Positions 48,087 through 57,841 of a DNA stretch of 63,652 nt are shown piece by piece; within the stretch, counting starts at the first letter, position 1; each line of letters begins with the position of its first letter. A program made the position numbers and the translations under genes. Source of the DNA: Bacteroidota bacterium (GTDB lineage: Bacteria > Bacteroidota > Ignavibacteria > UBA10030 > UBA8401); contig JBMOHT010000004.1 in NCBI GenBank assembly GCA_049317705.1, positions 1-63,652 of the forward strand. The letters are read 5' to 3'. The notes beneath the pieces are model-generated. The model was given only the letters and a program-made list of their open reading frames with translations. It did no database searches and was not told where the DNA came from.

Positions 48087-48491
48087 GTGGAATCACTCAT
48101 CGGTCAAATGATCTTCTCCTTGTCCATCGTCCTGATCATCATGGCATCGATCACGTTCATCGTGAAACGCTATCTTGGCATCCAGCCGACGTCGAAACGG
48201 ACCGCCGTGAAAGTGGAAGTGCTCGCACATCAGCCGCTCCAGCCGAAACGCTCAGTGTATGTGGTGCGGATCGCTAATTCCGTTCTCGTGCTCGGCTCCA
48301 GCGAACAGGGACTGCAGCTCTTCACGGAACTGCACGATGAAGAACTGATGGAAGCACTTAACGCGGACCATTCTTCCGACGATAATTCCGGACGGATCGT
48401 CCTGAACGCACAGAATTTGATCTCCCGTTTGACCGGCTCGGGCTCGATTTTCTCCCAATCGAGAACCGGGCAGAGTAATAAAACGCAATGA
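48087..48491 (+). CDS. fliO: Flagellar biosynthesis protein FliO
   Basis: GTG start, one N-terminal TM. VKVEVLAHQPLQPKRSVYVVRIANSVLVLGSSEQGLQL. Position before fliP. Confidence 0.7.
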   Translation: MESLIGQMIFSLSIVLIIMASITFIVKRYLGIQPTSKRTAVKVEVLAHQPLQPKRSVYVVRIANSVLVLGSSEQGLQLFTELHDEELMEALNADHSSDDNSGRIVLNAQNLISRLTGSGSIFSQSRTGQSNKTQ

Positions 48492-48514
48492 AATCAATGT
48501 TATTAAGAAGATAA

Positions 48515-48549
48515 AAGTTGCCACGCACTTCTAAAGTGCGTGGCAACTT
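48515..48549. other. Perfect 15-bp stem hairpin in the 173-nt fliO-fliP spacer
   Basis: aagttgccacgcact-tctaa-agtgcgtggcaactt. The T-run (ttttat) lies on the minus-strand side only. Confidence 0.75.
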
Positions 48550-48664
48550 AGTAAGATAAATCGGAATAGAAATAAGAAATGAAGCAAACAGTGTGTTATA
48601 CCGCGAACGGATTCGACATAACACAATTCAGATGGAAGCACGGAGGCGTAATTGATATGTGCGC

Positions 48665-49411
48665 ATGGCGAAAAAAATACTATTCATCCTGATCCTTTGT
48701 GCAGCCGTCTCCGCAGTTCTTCCGGCGCAGCAGCTTCCGCTCCCCAAACTCAGCATTGAGGTCGGGAAAGCCACCAAGCCGGATGATATCTCCGTCACTC
48801 TTCAGATCCTGATGCTCATGACCGTGCTCTCGCTGGCACCGGCCATCCTCATCCTTACCACCGCATTCACCCGCATCATCGTCGTCCTTCACTTCTTGAA
48901 ACAGGCAATGGGAACCCCGCAAATGCCTCCGTCGCAGGTGCTGGTCGGACTCGCAATGTTCCTGACGTTCTTCGTGATGGCTCCCGTGTGGAATACAATG
49001 AATACCGATGCCATCCAGCCGTACATGAAAGGGAAGATGACCGCAACAGCCGCATATGAAAAAGCGTCGGTGCCGCTCCGCACATTCATGTTCAAGCAGA
49101 CGCGCGAAGAGGATCTTGCCTTGTTCGTGAAGATGAGCAACATGGCAAAACCGGCCACGCGTAACGACATCCCGATCCACGTGCTCATCCCGGCATTCGC
49201 CATCAGCGAACTGCGGATGGGATTCCAGATCGGATTCATCCTCTTCATTCCGTTCCTCATCATCGACATGGTCGTCGCGAGTATCCTCATGTCTATGGGA
49301 ATGATGATGCTTCCGCCGAGCATGGTCTCGCTGCCCTTCAAGATCCTGCTCTTCATTCTGGTGGACGGATGGAATCTGGTGATCGCGTCGCTCATTGCAA
49401 GTTTTCATTGA
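48665..49411 (+). CDS. fliP: Flagellar export apparatus protein FliP
   Basis: Signal peptide. TLQILMLMTVLSLAPAILILTTAFTRIIVVLHFLKQAMGTPQMPPSQVLVGLAMFLTFFVMAPV. Confidence 0.95.
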   Translation: MAKKILFILILCAAVSAVLPAQQLPLPKLSIEVGKATKPDDISVTLQILMLMTVLSLAPAILILTTAFTRIIVVLHFLKQAMGTPQMPPSQVLVGLAMFLTFFVMAPVWNTMNTDAIQPYMKGKMTATAAYEKASVPLRTFMFKQTREEDLALFVKMSNMAKPATRNDIPIHVLIPAFAISELRMGFQIGFILFIPFLIIDMVVASILMSMGMMMLPPSMVSLPFKILLFILVDGWNLVIASLIASFH

Positions 49412-49426
49412 CCAAAATGCTGATCT

Positions 49427-49552
49427 CAATAAATCATATTGTGTTTTTAGGTAGTCACGCTGAGCAACGTCCCGACGATGCTTCGACTCGTCCAATAAAT
49501 TGGACTCGCTCAGCATGACTGTCGGGACGGAGTCGAAGCATCAAAAATATTT
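49427..49552 (+). repeat. Second copy of the structured element at 18411-18600 (core; degenerate ends reach about 49413-49589)
   Basis: Shares caataaatcatattgtgtttt, agtcacgctgagc.acgtcccgac, ggactcgctcag.atgactgtcgggacggagtcgaagc and aaaaatat with copy A. Lacks the 22-nt insertion of copy A. Confidence 0.8.
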
Positions 49553-49605
49553 AATACCACAAGTAATTTTGAATCGGTAACAGAATATAGAAACAAGAAG
49601 GGAAT

Positions 49606-49875
49606 ATGACAGAAGAATTCGTTGTGAACATCATCCGTGAAGCGTTCTTCACCACCATGCTCATCGCCGCACCGGTGCTGCTGTTGTCGCTCATCGTCGG
49701 ATTGATCATCTCCATTCTGCAGGCAGCGACCTCCATTCAGGAAGTGACGATCACCTTCCTGCCGAAGATGATCATTATCGGACTCGTCCTGATCTTTACC
49801 TTGCCGTGGATGATCGATGTGATGACATCCTTTACCGTGAATCTTATCCAGCAAATTCCGAATCTTAACAGGTGA
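49606..49875 (+). CDS. fliQ: Flagellar export apparatus protein FliQ
   Basis: 89 aa, two TM. REAFFTTMLIAAPVLLLSLIVGLIISILQAATSIQEVTITFLPK. Confidence 0.93.
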   Translation: MTEEFVVNIIREAFFTTMLIAAPVLLLSLIVGLIISILQAATSIQEVTITFLPKMIIIGLVLIFTLPWMIDVMTSFTVNLIQQIPNLNR

Positions 49876-49878
49876 TGA

Positions 49879-50646
49879 GTGGAAATATACATTGAACAAT
49901 TCCTGTTATTCATTCTGATCTTCGTTCGTGCAACGAGCATGTTCGTCTCCGCTCCGTTGTTCGGTCACAATGCTATTCCCATGCAGGCCAAGATCGGTAT
50001 GGGCATTTTCCTGTCGTTCGTCCTGTTCAATGTTGCCAAAGCTCCCGTTCATATCCTGTCGTACAACGTGCTCGGACTGTTCGTTCTTGCACTGAAAGAA
50101 GTGCTTACCGGACTCTCCATCGGTTTCGCAATGCAGGTGATCTTCTCCGGTATCCGGTTCGCGGGTGAACTCATCAGTTTCGATATGGGATTCTCCATGT
50201 CCACCATCTTCGATCCTGAGAACGGAACATCGTTCCCTGTGATCAGCGAGATCCTCTACTTATTCCTGCTGATGATCTTCATTCTGGTGAACGGTCATCA
50301 TTTCGTCTTTGAAGCGGTGTATTACAGCTATTCCGTCGTTCCGATCGGCGAATGGCATATGACCGAATCGACCATGGCCTCCGTTACCTCGCTGACGGGG
50401 AAGATGTTCATCGTTGCGGTGAAGATCGCCGCCCCGCTGCTCGTGTCGCTCTTCCTTGCGAACATAACGCTCGGCATACTGAATAAAGTGATGCCGCAGA
50501 TGAACATCTTCAGTGTGATGTTCTCCCTGAAGATCGGTATCGGATTCATTGTGATCATCGCGACCATTCCGGTGATCGCATTCGTGTTCAAGAAACTGCT
50601 CACGTCGTTCCAATCCAACATTGTTGAACTGATCAAGGTGATGTAA
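49879..50646 (+). CDS. fliR: Flagellar export apparatus protein FliR
   Basis: GTG start. FLLFILIFVRATSMFVSAPLFG. Polytopic membrane protein. Confidence 0.9.
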   Translation: MEIYIEQFLLFILIFVRATSMFVSAPLFGHNAIPMQAKIGMGIFLSFVLFNVAKAPVHILSYNVLGLFVLALKEVLTGLSIGFAMQVIFSGIRFAGELISFDMGFSMSTIFDPENGTSFPVISEILYLFLLMIFILVNGHHFVFEAVYYSYSVVPIGEWHMTESTMASVTSLTGKMFIVAVKIAAPLLVSLFLANITLGILNKVMPQMNIFSVMFSLKIGIGFIVIIATIPVIAFVFKKLLTSFQSNIVELIKVM

Positions 50647-51740
50647 TGGCGGATGACGCCCCAGATAAAGACGAGAGAACTGAGCCTGCGTCGCAGAAGA
50701 AACTGGAGGATGCCCGGGACCGCGGTTCTGTCGCCAAAAGTCAGGATATGAATGCTGCGGTGGTGCTGATCGCGGGACTCTTCACCCTGACCATCTTCGG
50801 CGGGACGATGACATCGCAGCTGAGCGGAATGTTCAAGTATCTCTTCAAAAATGCAGCGCTCATTGCAGTGGATCGGGGAACGATCGGTGAATTAGCAACG
50901 AAATCGTTCATGTTCCTTGGTGTTTGTCTTATCCCTGTTCTCGGTGTGTTCTTTTTGATCGGTTTTGTCAGCAACGTAGCACAGGTTGGTCTCAAATTCT
51001 CGCCTGAAGCACTCATCCCGAAATGGGACCGGTTGAATCCGCTCTCCGGCATCAAAAAAGTGATGCTTTCCACGCATTCCATGGTGGAAATGCTCAAAGG
51101 GATCTTCAAGACGATCCTGCTTGGACTCGTCGGATATTCGGTGGTGAAAGGGATGATCGTGAATGCCGTGATGCTGGCGGATTCCGATGTGATGAACATT
51201 GCGCAATACATGGTCATGTCGACATCAGAAGTGGTGCTCAAATGCGGAATGGCGTTCGGTGTGATGGCGGCGGCGGATTATTTCTACCAGAAATATGAGT
51301 TCGCCAAACAGATGAAGATGACGAAACAGGAAGTGAAGGACGAATTCAAGACGATGGAAGGCGATCCGCAGATCAAAGGACGCATCAAGACCATCCAGCG
51401 GCAGATCGCATACAAACGGATGATGAGCGACGTACCGACAGCGAGCGTGGTGGTGACCAATCCGACGCACTTTGCTGTCGCATTGAAATATGAATCGGGG
51501 AAAAATTCAGCACCGAAAGTGGTCGCCAAAGGAGCGGACCTGATCGCGTTGAAGATCAAAGAGATCGCGAAAGCGCATAACGTTCCGATCGTAGAGGACA
51601 AGCCGCTTGCCCGTGCACTCTTTGCTGCCGCGGATGTCGGAGACGACATTCCGGAAAAACTGTTCCAGGCCGTCGCCCAGATCCTGGCGTATATCTACCG
51701 TCTTAAACAGACGAAAAAACAATTTTCCTATACCTCATGA
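50646..51740 (+). CDS. flhB: Flagellar export switch protein FlhB
   Basis: DKDERTEPASQKKLEDARDRGSVAKSQDMN. Autocleavage site NPTH (VVTNPTHFAVALKY). Confidence 0.95.
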   Translation: MADDAPDKDERTEPASQKKLEDARDRGSVAKSQDMNAAVVLIAGLFTLTIFGGTMTSQLSGMFKYLFKNAALIAVDRGTIGELATKSFMFLGVCLIPVLGVFFLIGFVSNVAQVGLKFSPEALIPKWDRLNPLSGIKKVMLSTHSMVEMLKGIFKTILLGLVGYSVVKGMIVNAVMLADSDVMNIAQYMVMSTSEVVLKCGMAFGVMAAADYFYQKYEFAKQMKMTKQEVKDEFKTMEGDPQIKGRIKTIQRQIAYKRMMSDVPTASVVVTNPTHFAVALKYESGKNSAPKVVAKGADLIALKIKEIAKAHNVPIVEDKPLARALFAAADVGDDIPEKLFQAVAQILAYIYRLKQTKKQFSYTS

Positions 51741-53839
51741 GCACTCAAACTCCTACAATGTTCGGCGGTCTCGGCAATAACAGCATCCTGAAGGCGCTCG
51801 GAAGGAACAGCGACGTCGTCCTCGCCGCGTCCGTTCTGCTGATCCTCGGCATGATGATCATCCCGCTGCCGCCGGTGATCCTGGACGTTCTGCTTGCGGC
51901 GAATATCGCCATCGCCATCCTCATCCTGATGGTATCACTGTATATCACGCATCCGCTTGAGATCTCCGTCTTCCCGGCACTGCTGCTTGTGCTGACCATC
52001 TTCCGACTTTCGCTGAACGTTGCGACAACGCGTCTCATCCTCGGTGAAGGATATGCGGGAGAAGTTATTGCCGCATTCGGCTCCTTCGTCGTGGAAGGGA
52101 ATTACATCGTCGGTTTCATCATCTTCATCATTCTTGTGTTGATCCAGTTCATCGTTATCGTGAAAGGCGCGGGACGTATCTCGGAAGTTGCAGCCCGCTT
52201 CACGTTGGACGCTCTGCCCGGAAAACAGATGGCGATCGATGCGGATATGAATGCCGGACTCATCACCGAGACCGAAGCGCGTAACCGCCGCCTGCAGATC
52301 AGCCGCGAAGCGGAATTCTACGGCGCGATGGACGGTGCCAGCAAGTTCGTCCGCGGCGATGCCATGGCCGGACTCATCATCAACATTGTCAACATCATCG
52401 GCGGTTTCGTTATCGGTATGGCGCAGCGCGACATGACCTTCACCGATGCACTCAAGAATTATACGATGCTTACCGTCGGCGACGGTCTTGTCACACAGAT
52501 CCCCGCACTGATCATCGCAACGGCTGCCGGTATGGTCGTCACCCGCAGCGCGTCGGGCAATCAATTGGATGTGGAAGTGCAGGGACAGCTGTTCGGAAAG
52601 CCGAAAGCGGTCCTTATCGCTTCGGCAACGCTGATGATCTTTGCTGTGATCCCCGGACTTCCCACGATACCATTTATGTTCCTTTCACTCATTGCGGGTG
52701 CAATCGGTTATACCACAATGAAGACACAGAAAGCCGCTGCCTTGAAACCGGTGGATGAGAAACCGAAAGAGACCAAAAAGCCGGAAGAGAATATCGAGGA
52801 CTATCTGCAGGTGGACAATCTTGAATTGGAGATCGGATACGGTCTTATTTCGCTCGTGGATGAATCGCAGGGAGGAGATCTGTTCAACCGAATCACGAAT
52901 CTCCGGAAACAACTGGCGATCGAACTCGGCATCATCATTCCGCCGATCCGCGTGCGCGACAATCTGCAGCTCGAACCGAATCAGTATGTGTTCAAGATCC
53001 GCGGTAACGTTATCGCCAGTAACTGGCTGATGGTGGACCGCTATCTTGCCATGAGTCCGAGCTCGGTGGAGAAAGAGATCGAAGGAACGAAAGTGAAAGA
53101 ACCGGCATTCGGCATGCCCGCTGTTTGGATCAACGAACAGCACCGGGTCGAAGCAGAAATGTATGGATATACCGTGGTGGAACCGGCATCCGTTTTATCC
53201 ACGCATTTACAGGAGATTTTGAGGATAAATGCCGAAAAGATCCTCTCCAGACAGGATACGAAGAAGCTCATCGAGAACCTGAAGAAAGAATATCCTGCTG
53301 TGATCGAGGATATGAATCCCGAGAATCTGCCGATCGGAACCGTGCAGAAAGTGCTGCAGAGTCTGTTGAAAGAAGGAATTCCCATCCGTGATCTCGTCAC
53401 CATCTTAGAAGCGCTGATTGACTATGCGAAAGTGACAAAGAATGTGGATGTGCTGACGGAATATGTGCGCCATTCACTCTCCGAGACCATCGCGCGGCTG
53501 TATTCCGATAACAGCGGAATGATCCACGCCATCGCAATGGATCCGCATCTCGAAATGATCATCACCAACGCATTGCAGAACAACCGGGAGACGAGTCCAA
53601 GTCTCGGTCTTTCACCGAATGCTATCAACGACATTCAGCAATCACTGCAGGATTGTATCAACAACGCCGTTGTCGGAGGATATCATCCGATCGTCCTCTG
53701 CTCCGCGACTGTGCGTCCGTATTTTTACCGGCTCATCCACACCACGTTCCCGACCGTTTCCGTGCTCTCATTCACGGAACTTCCGCCGGAGACCGACATT
53801 GAATTTTTAGCCAAACTGGAGATCAACCATGAGAATTAA
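51737..53839 (+). CDS. flhA: Flagellar export gate protein FlhA
   Basis: RFTLDALPGKQMAIDADMNAGLITETEARNRR...FYGAMDGASKFVRGDA. Confidence 0.96.
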   Translation: MSTQTPTMFGGLGNNSILKALGRNSDVVLAASVLLILGMMIIPLPPVILDVLLAANIAIAILILMVSLYITHPLEISVFPALLLVLTIFRLSLNVATTRLILGEGYAGEVIAAFGSFVVEGNYIVGFIIFIILVLIQFIVIVKGAGRISEVAARFTLDALPGKQMAIDADMNAGLITETEARNRRLQISREAEFYGAMDGASKFVRGDAMAGLIINIVNIIGGFVIGMAQRDMTFTDALKNYTMLTVGDGLVTQIPALIIATAAGMVVTRSASGNQLDVEVQGQLFGKPKAVLIASATLMIFAVIPGLPTIPFMFLSLIAGAIGYTTMKTQKAAALKPVDEKPKETKKPEENIEDYLQVDNLELEIGYGLISLVDESQGGDLFNRITNLRKQLAIELGIIIPPIRVRDNLQLEPNQYVFKIRGNVIASNWLMVDRYLAMSPSSVEKEIEGTKVKEPAFGMPAVWINEQHRVEAEMYGYTVVEPASVLSTHLQEILRINAEKILSRQDTKKLIENLKKEYPAVIEDMNPENLPIGTVQKVLQSLLKEGIPIRDLVTILEALIDYAKVTKNVDVLTEYVRHSLSETIARLYSDNSGMIHAIAMDPHLEMIITNALQNNRETSPSLGLSPNAINDIQQSLQDCINNAVVGGYHPIVLCSATVRPYFYRLIHTTFPTVSVLSFTELPPETDIEFLAKLEINHEN

Positions 53840-55136
53840 GAAGTTCCTCGGGAACAACATCAAAGAAGCCACCGAGCAGATGAAACGGGAACTCGGCACC
53901 GAAGCGATCGTGCTCCACACACGCCGTGTGCCGAAGACCAATCTTTTAAAGTCACTCGGACGTGATCAGTTCGAGATCACCGGCGCGATCGACGATGCAT
54001 CGGAACCGTCAGAAGCGGAACAGCCGTTGCCGAACAGCACATATACACGCCGCAATGTGAAACAGTCCTACGACGCGGTGACGAAGAATACCGTCCGTCA
54101 TCAGACGGCGGCGGAAGAGGAACAATCGAACGCGCTGGAAAGTCTTCAGCAGATGACCCGCTCATTCGAACGTTCCACGGAGCGTTCGAGTGAACGCACA
54201 CCGGAACCGGCGGCGGAATCCCGTTCGAAATCACTCCGCGAAACATCGGATATCGTCCAGCTGAAAGCCGAAGTCGAGGATATGAAGAATATCCTTACGC
54301 AATTGACACATCAGCTCAAATTCAAACATTTCGGCGAACTGCCCGATGTGCTGAAAGAAGCGTATCTGAATCTGCTTCAGCAGGATGTCGAGGAGAAATT
54401 TGCTGTTGCCATCACGAACAGCGTTCTGAAACGGATCACTCCGGAACAGACCGTGAACCGAAGCACCATCGAGCAGATGATCGTGCAGTCCATCTCTGAG
54501 GATTTCCCCGCCGCGCTCACGAGCAAGCCGGCCAAAAAGACGAAGGTCGTCGTGCTTGTCGGACCGACCGGTGTCGGAAAGACGACGACTATCGCAAAGA
54601 TGGCCGCGATCGATAAACTGGCGAACGGCAAGAGCGTCGGACTCATCTCCTGCGACACGTACCGTATCGGTGCGATCGAACAGTTGAAGACATTCGCCGT
54701 CATCGCGGATATTCCGATGCAGGTTGTCTATCGTTCCACTGACCTTGCAGCGGCGATCAAGAAATTCCAACGGTACGATGTGATCTATATCGACACAGTA
54801 GGACGAAGTCAGAAGGCGAAAAAGGATCTCGCAGAACTCAACAAGATCGTTCAAGCAGCGAAAGCTGATGAGGTCCACCTTGTGCTGAGTGCACAGACGA
54901 ACTACGCAACACTACGCGATATCACTGAGAAATTTTCTGCACTCGAGCCGACGCATATGATCTTCTCAAAGATGGATGAGGCGGTCATCTTTGGACCACT
55001 GTACAATATTATCCAGAAAACCAGAATTCCGGTCTCTTTCTTCGCTACAGGGCAAGTAGTTCCTGATGATATTAGCGTTTCTGATGGTATGACATTTGCT
55101 AAGATGTTATATCAAGGAACACCTGCGAATGCATAA
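53829..55136 (+). CDS. flhF: Flagellar SRP-type GTPase FlhF
   Basis: VVLVGPTGVGKTTTIAKMAA, DTYRIGAIEQL, IDTVGRS, SKMDE. Confidence 0.93.
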   Translation: MRIKKFLGNNIKEATEQMKRELGTEAIVLHTRRVPKTNLLKSLGRDQFEITGAIDDASEPSEAEQPLPNSTYTRRNVKQSYDAVTKNTVRHQTAAEEEQSNALESLQQMTRSFERSTERSSERTPEPAAESRSKSLRETSDIVQLKAEVEDMKNILTQLTHQLKFKHFGELPDVLKEAYLNLLQQDVEEKFAVAITNSVLKRITPEQTVNRSTIEQMIVQSISEDFPAALTSKPAKKTKVVVLVGPTGVGKTTTIAKMAAIDKLANGKSVGLISCDTYRIGAIEQLKTFAVIADIPMQVVYRSTDLAAAIKKFQRYDVIYIDTVGRSQKAKKDLAELNKIVQAAKADEVHLVLSAQTNYATLRDITEKFSALEPTHMIFSKMDEAVIFGPLYNIIQKTRIPVSFFATGQVVPDDISVSDGMTFAKMLYQGTPANA

Positions 55137-55989
55137 TAACTCAAATATCGTCGATCAAGCCTCCGCGTTGCGGGAACTTGCTCTGAACCAGAAGAAGACA
55201 CTCGCCGAAGTGAGCGCTTATACATGGGCGGTCACCAGCGGAAAAGGGGGAGTCGGAAAGAGTGTGTTCGCGCTGAATTTCGCGTTGAATCTTGCGGAGA
55301 ACGGTCACACGGTACTGCTGGTGGATGCCGATGAGAATCTCGGAAAACTTGATGTTATGCTCGGTCTTTCGCCGAAACACCGCATTCCGGATGTGTTGAG
55401 CGGCGCAGTTCCTGTGAGTGCTGCAGTGTTGAATCCGTATCCGAACTTTTATCTTCTTGCCGGCAGTTCCGGTTCCATGAATTATCCCGATATCACTACC
55501 CATGAACGGAACGGCTTCATCGAAATGATCTCCTGCTCCATGCCCGAAGTGACGGACATTATCTTCGACACCGGCGCCGGTATCCAGTCCAAAGTGATCT
55601 CGTATGCAGCGGCGGCGGACGAACTGATCGTAGTATCGCATCATGAACCGGTCGCAATTTTGGATGCGTATGCCGTGATCAAGATGATCAATCAAAAGAA
55701 CGGGTATCTTCCGATGAATGTTGTGATGAACAAGAGTGCGAATATCTCAGAGTGCGATGAAGCAGCAGCGAAACTCCAGAAGGCATTGAAACATTTCCTT
55801 TCCGCAGACATCCGGTATCTGGGCGTCGTGCCGATGGATGAGAATGTCGGACGCTCCATCGTCCAGCAGCATCCGCTGGCAAAGCAATTCCCGAAATCAT
55901 CCGCCGCTTTGTGCATCCGTGCCATCGCGCGCGTGCTTCAACAGAGGTCCTCAGCGGTCCGTGAAAAGAAAGAAATGGTGTATGCATGA
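55129..55989 (+). CDS. flhG: Flagellar number regulator FlhG (MinD/ParA-type ATPase)
   Basis: N-terminal DQASALR (DQAxxLR FlhF-activator motif). Deviant Walker A SGKGGVGKS. Confidence 0.9.
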   Translation: MHNNSNIVDQASALRELALNQKKTLAEVSAYTWAVTSGKGGVGKSVFALNFALNLAENGHTVLLVDADENLGKLDVMLGLSPKHRIPDVLSGAVPVSAAVLNPYPNFYLLAGSSGSMNYPDITTHERNGFIEMISCSMPEVTDIIFDTGAGIQSKVISYAAAADELIVVSHHEPVAILDAYAVIKMINQKNGYLPMNVVMNKSANISECDEAAAKLQKALKHFLSADIRYLGVVPMDENVGRSIVQQHPLAKQFPKSSAALCIRAIARVLQQRSSAVREKKEMVYA

Positions 55990-56198
55990 ATAAGATCATC
56001 TTTCAGATAGGCCTGTTAACATTCTGTGTCTCCGTTGTGGTCTTTACGACGCTGGGGAATGATGTGGTGGACGTGATCGCACGGTCATTCATCATCTTCA
56101 TCGCAGCGATCGTTGCAATGGTCGGAGTGGTCGTGGCAACATCGCTGTTGTCCGCGAAAGAGAAAGTGAATCCGGAAGAGTCAGGCAAGACGGTGTAA
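55986..56198 (+). CDS. Hypothetical 70-aa two-TM protein between flhG and fliA
   Basis: ATGA overlap with the flhG stop. Two hydrophobic helices. Confidence 0.45.
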   Translation: MNKIIFQIGLLTFCVSVVVFTTLGNDVVDVIARSFIIFIAAIVAMVGVVVATSLLSAKEKVNPEESGKTV

Positions 56199-56219
56199 TT
56201 CAACAGTGAGTGAGAGGAT

Positions 56220-56954
56220 ATGAACGCAACCTATACACAGACAGCAACAACAACTTCGCAGAAATTATCGCCGACCGCGATGAAGGAGCTCGTCCAGTCC
56301 TACTTCGGTCTGGTGAAGGTGATCTCCAATGCCATCGCATCGAAGAATACACGCACCTCTGCCCTGACGCCGGAAGATATCTTCCAGTTCGGCGTGCTCG
56401 GACTTCTGGATGCTGTGGACCGGTACGATGTGCGCAAAGGAGTGAAGTTCGAAACATTTGCAGGATACAGGATCAAAGGGGCGATCCTGGACGGTCTGCG
56501 CGCAGCGGATATCATGCCGCGCTCATTCCGTAAGAAGGAACGTGAAGCACAATTGAATCCGGAGAACGTCCAGGTCAATCCCGTGCAGGTCACGAGCAGA
56601 AAGTTACGGATGTCCGTTGAGGACTTCCAGCAGTTCATACACGACGTGGGGGAAACCACTATGACACATTCCGTTTATTCCGATCTTACCGAAGGCGTGC
56701 TCGAAGCACTGCCGGATGATGAGAGCAACAATCCGTTCGAGATCGTCAGCTCGCAGCAGATGAAGGAGCTTCTCGTTGAAGCGATCCAGCGCCTGCCCGA
56801 ACGCGAACGTTTGGTGGTGCTCCTGTATTACTACGAAGGACTCACATTCCGTGAGATCGGCAAAGTGCTGCATGTCAGCGAATCACGTTCGTTCCAGATC
56901 CACTCCGCGGCCATCTCGATACTTCACGATGCATTGATGGAAACAGCAGAGTAG
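56220..56954 (+). CDS. fliA: Flagellar sigma factor FliA (sigma-28)
   Basis: Region 2 (FQFGVLGLLDAVDRYD...FETFAGYRIKGAILD) and region 4 (LPERERLVVLLYYYEGLTFREIGKVLHVSESRSFQIH). Confidence 0.92.
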   Translation: MNATYTQTATTTSQKLSPTAMKELVQSYFGLVKVISNAIASKNTRTSALTPEDIFQFGVLGLLDAVDRYDVRKGVKFETFAGYRIKGAILDGLRAADIMPRSFRKKEREAQLNPENVQVNPVQVTSRKLRMSVEDFQQFIHDVGETTMTHSVYSDLTEGVLEALPDDESNNPFEIVSSQQMKELLVEAIQRLPERERLVVLLYYYEGLTFREIGKVLHVSESRSFQIHSAAISILHDALMETAE

Positions 56955-56964
56955 ACCACAGCCA

Positions 56965-57840
56965 ATGATGACTCCTGAACAAATACGGGAAAAAGTGAAG
57001 ACCATCATCCAGCTGCCGGCATTGCCCTCGCTGGCATTCGAAGTGGTGGAGATGGTGGACGATCCGAAGACCAGCGCTGCGCAGCTCGGGAAACTGATCG
57101 CTGCGGACCAGGCCTTAGCCGGAAAAGTGCTGAAGATCGCGAATTCCCCTTTCTACGGTTTCCCCAAGAAGATCTCCACGATCGACTTCGCCATCATCGT
57201 CCTCGGATTCGATGCGCTGAAAGAGATCGTTATCTCCATCGCCCTTGTCAGTTCGCTGCAGAAGAAAGCGGACGGATATTTCAACACCAAAACATTCTGG
57301 GACCATTCCATCTCCACCGGTGTCATCGCCCGCCGTCTTGCGCGCGACATCGGCTATCGTGTGACCGGTGAAGTGTTCGTTGCCGGACTCATCCATGATA
57401 TGGGGATCTCCATTCTGAACAAGTATTTCAACATTGAATTCCGCCGCATCGTGGATATCACCCGCGAAATGGGACTTTCGTTCGCCGAAGCGGAGGAGAG
57501 CGTGCTCGGAGTGACCCATGCCGAGATCGGCGGATGGCTCGGTGAGCGCTGGAATCTTCCGGACCAGCTGGTGGAAACGATCCGCTTCCATCATACTCCC
57601 GAAAAAGCGGAATCGAACAAGAAACTTGTCTCCATCGTCCACTGCGCCGATGTATTCGCAAAGCAGTTGATGACCGAAAAAGTAGAATATGACAGCGACC
57701 TGACCTTTAGTGAGGATGCACTCGAAACACTGCAGCTGAACGACCAGAATCTGATCCAGGAATATCTTTTCCAGTATTCCGATGTCGTCAAGAGCGATCT
57801 TCGCGAAAGTCTCATGGTCTCCAATCTTGTTGGAATGTAG
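56965..57840 (+). CDS. HDOD domain protein
   Basis: LPALPSLAFEVVEMVDDPKTSAAQLGKLIAADQALAGKVLKIANSPFYGFPKKISTIDFAIIVLG...HDMG. Confidence 0.88.
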   Translation: MMTPEQIREKVKTIIQLPALPSLAFEVVEMVDDPKTSAAQLGKLIAADQALAGKVLKIANSPFYGFPKKISTIDFAIIVLGFDALKEIVISIALVSSLQKKADGYFNTKTFWDHSISTGVIARRLARDIGYRVTGEVFVAGLIHDMGISILNKYFNIEFRRIVDITREMGLSFAEAEESVLGVTHAEIGGWLGERWNLPDQLVETIRFHHTPEKAESNKKLVSIVHCADVFAKQLMTEKVEYDSDLTFSEDALETLQLNDQNLIQEYLFQYSDVVKSDLRESLMVSNLVGM

Positions 57841-57841
57841 A

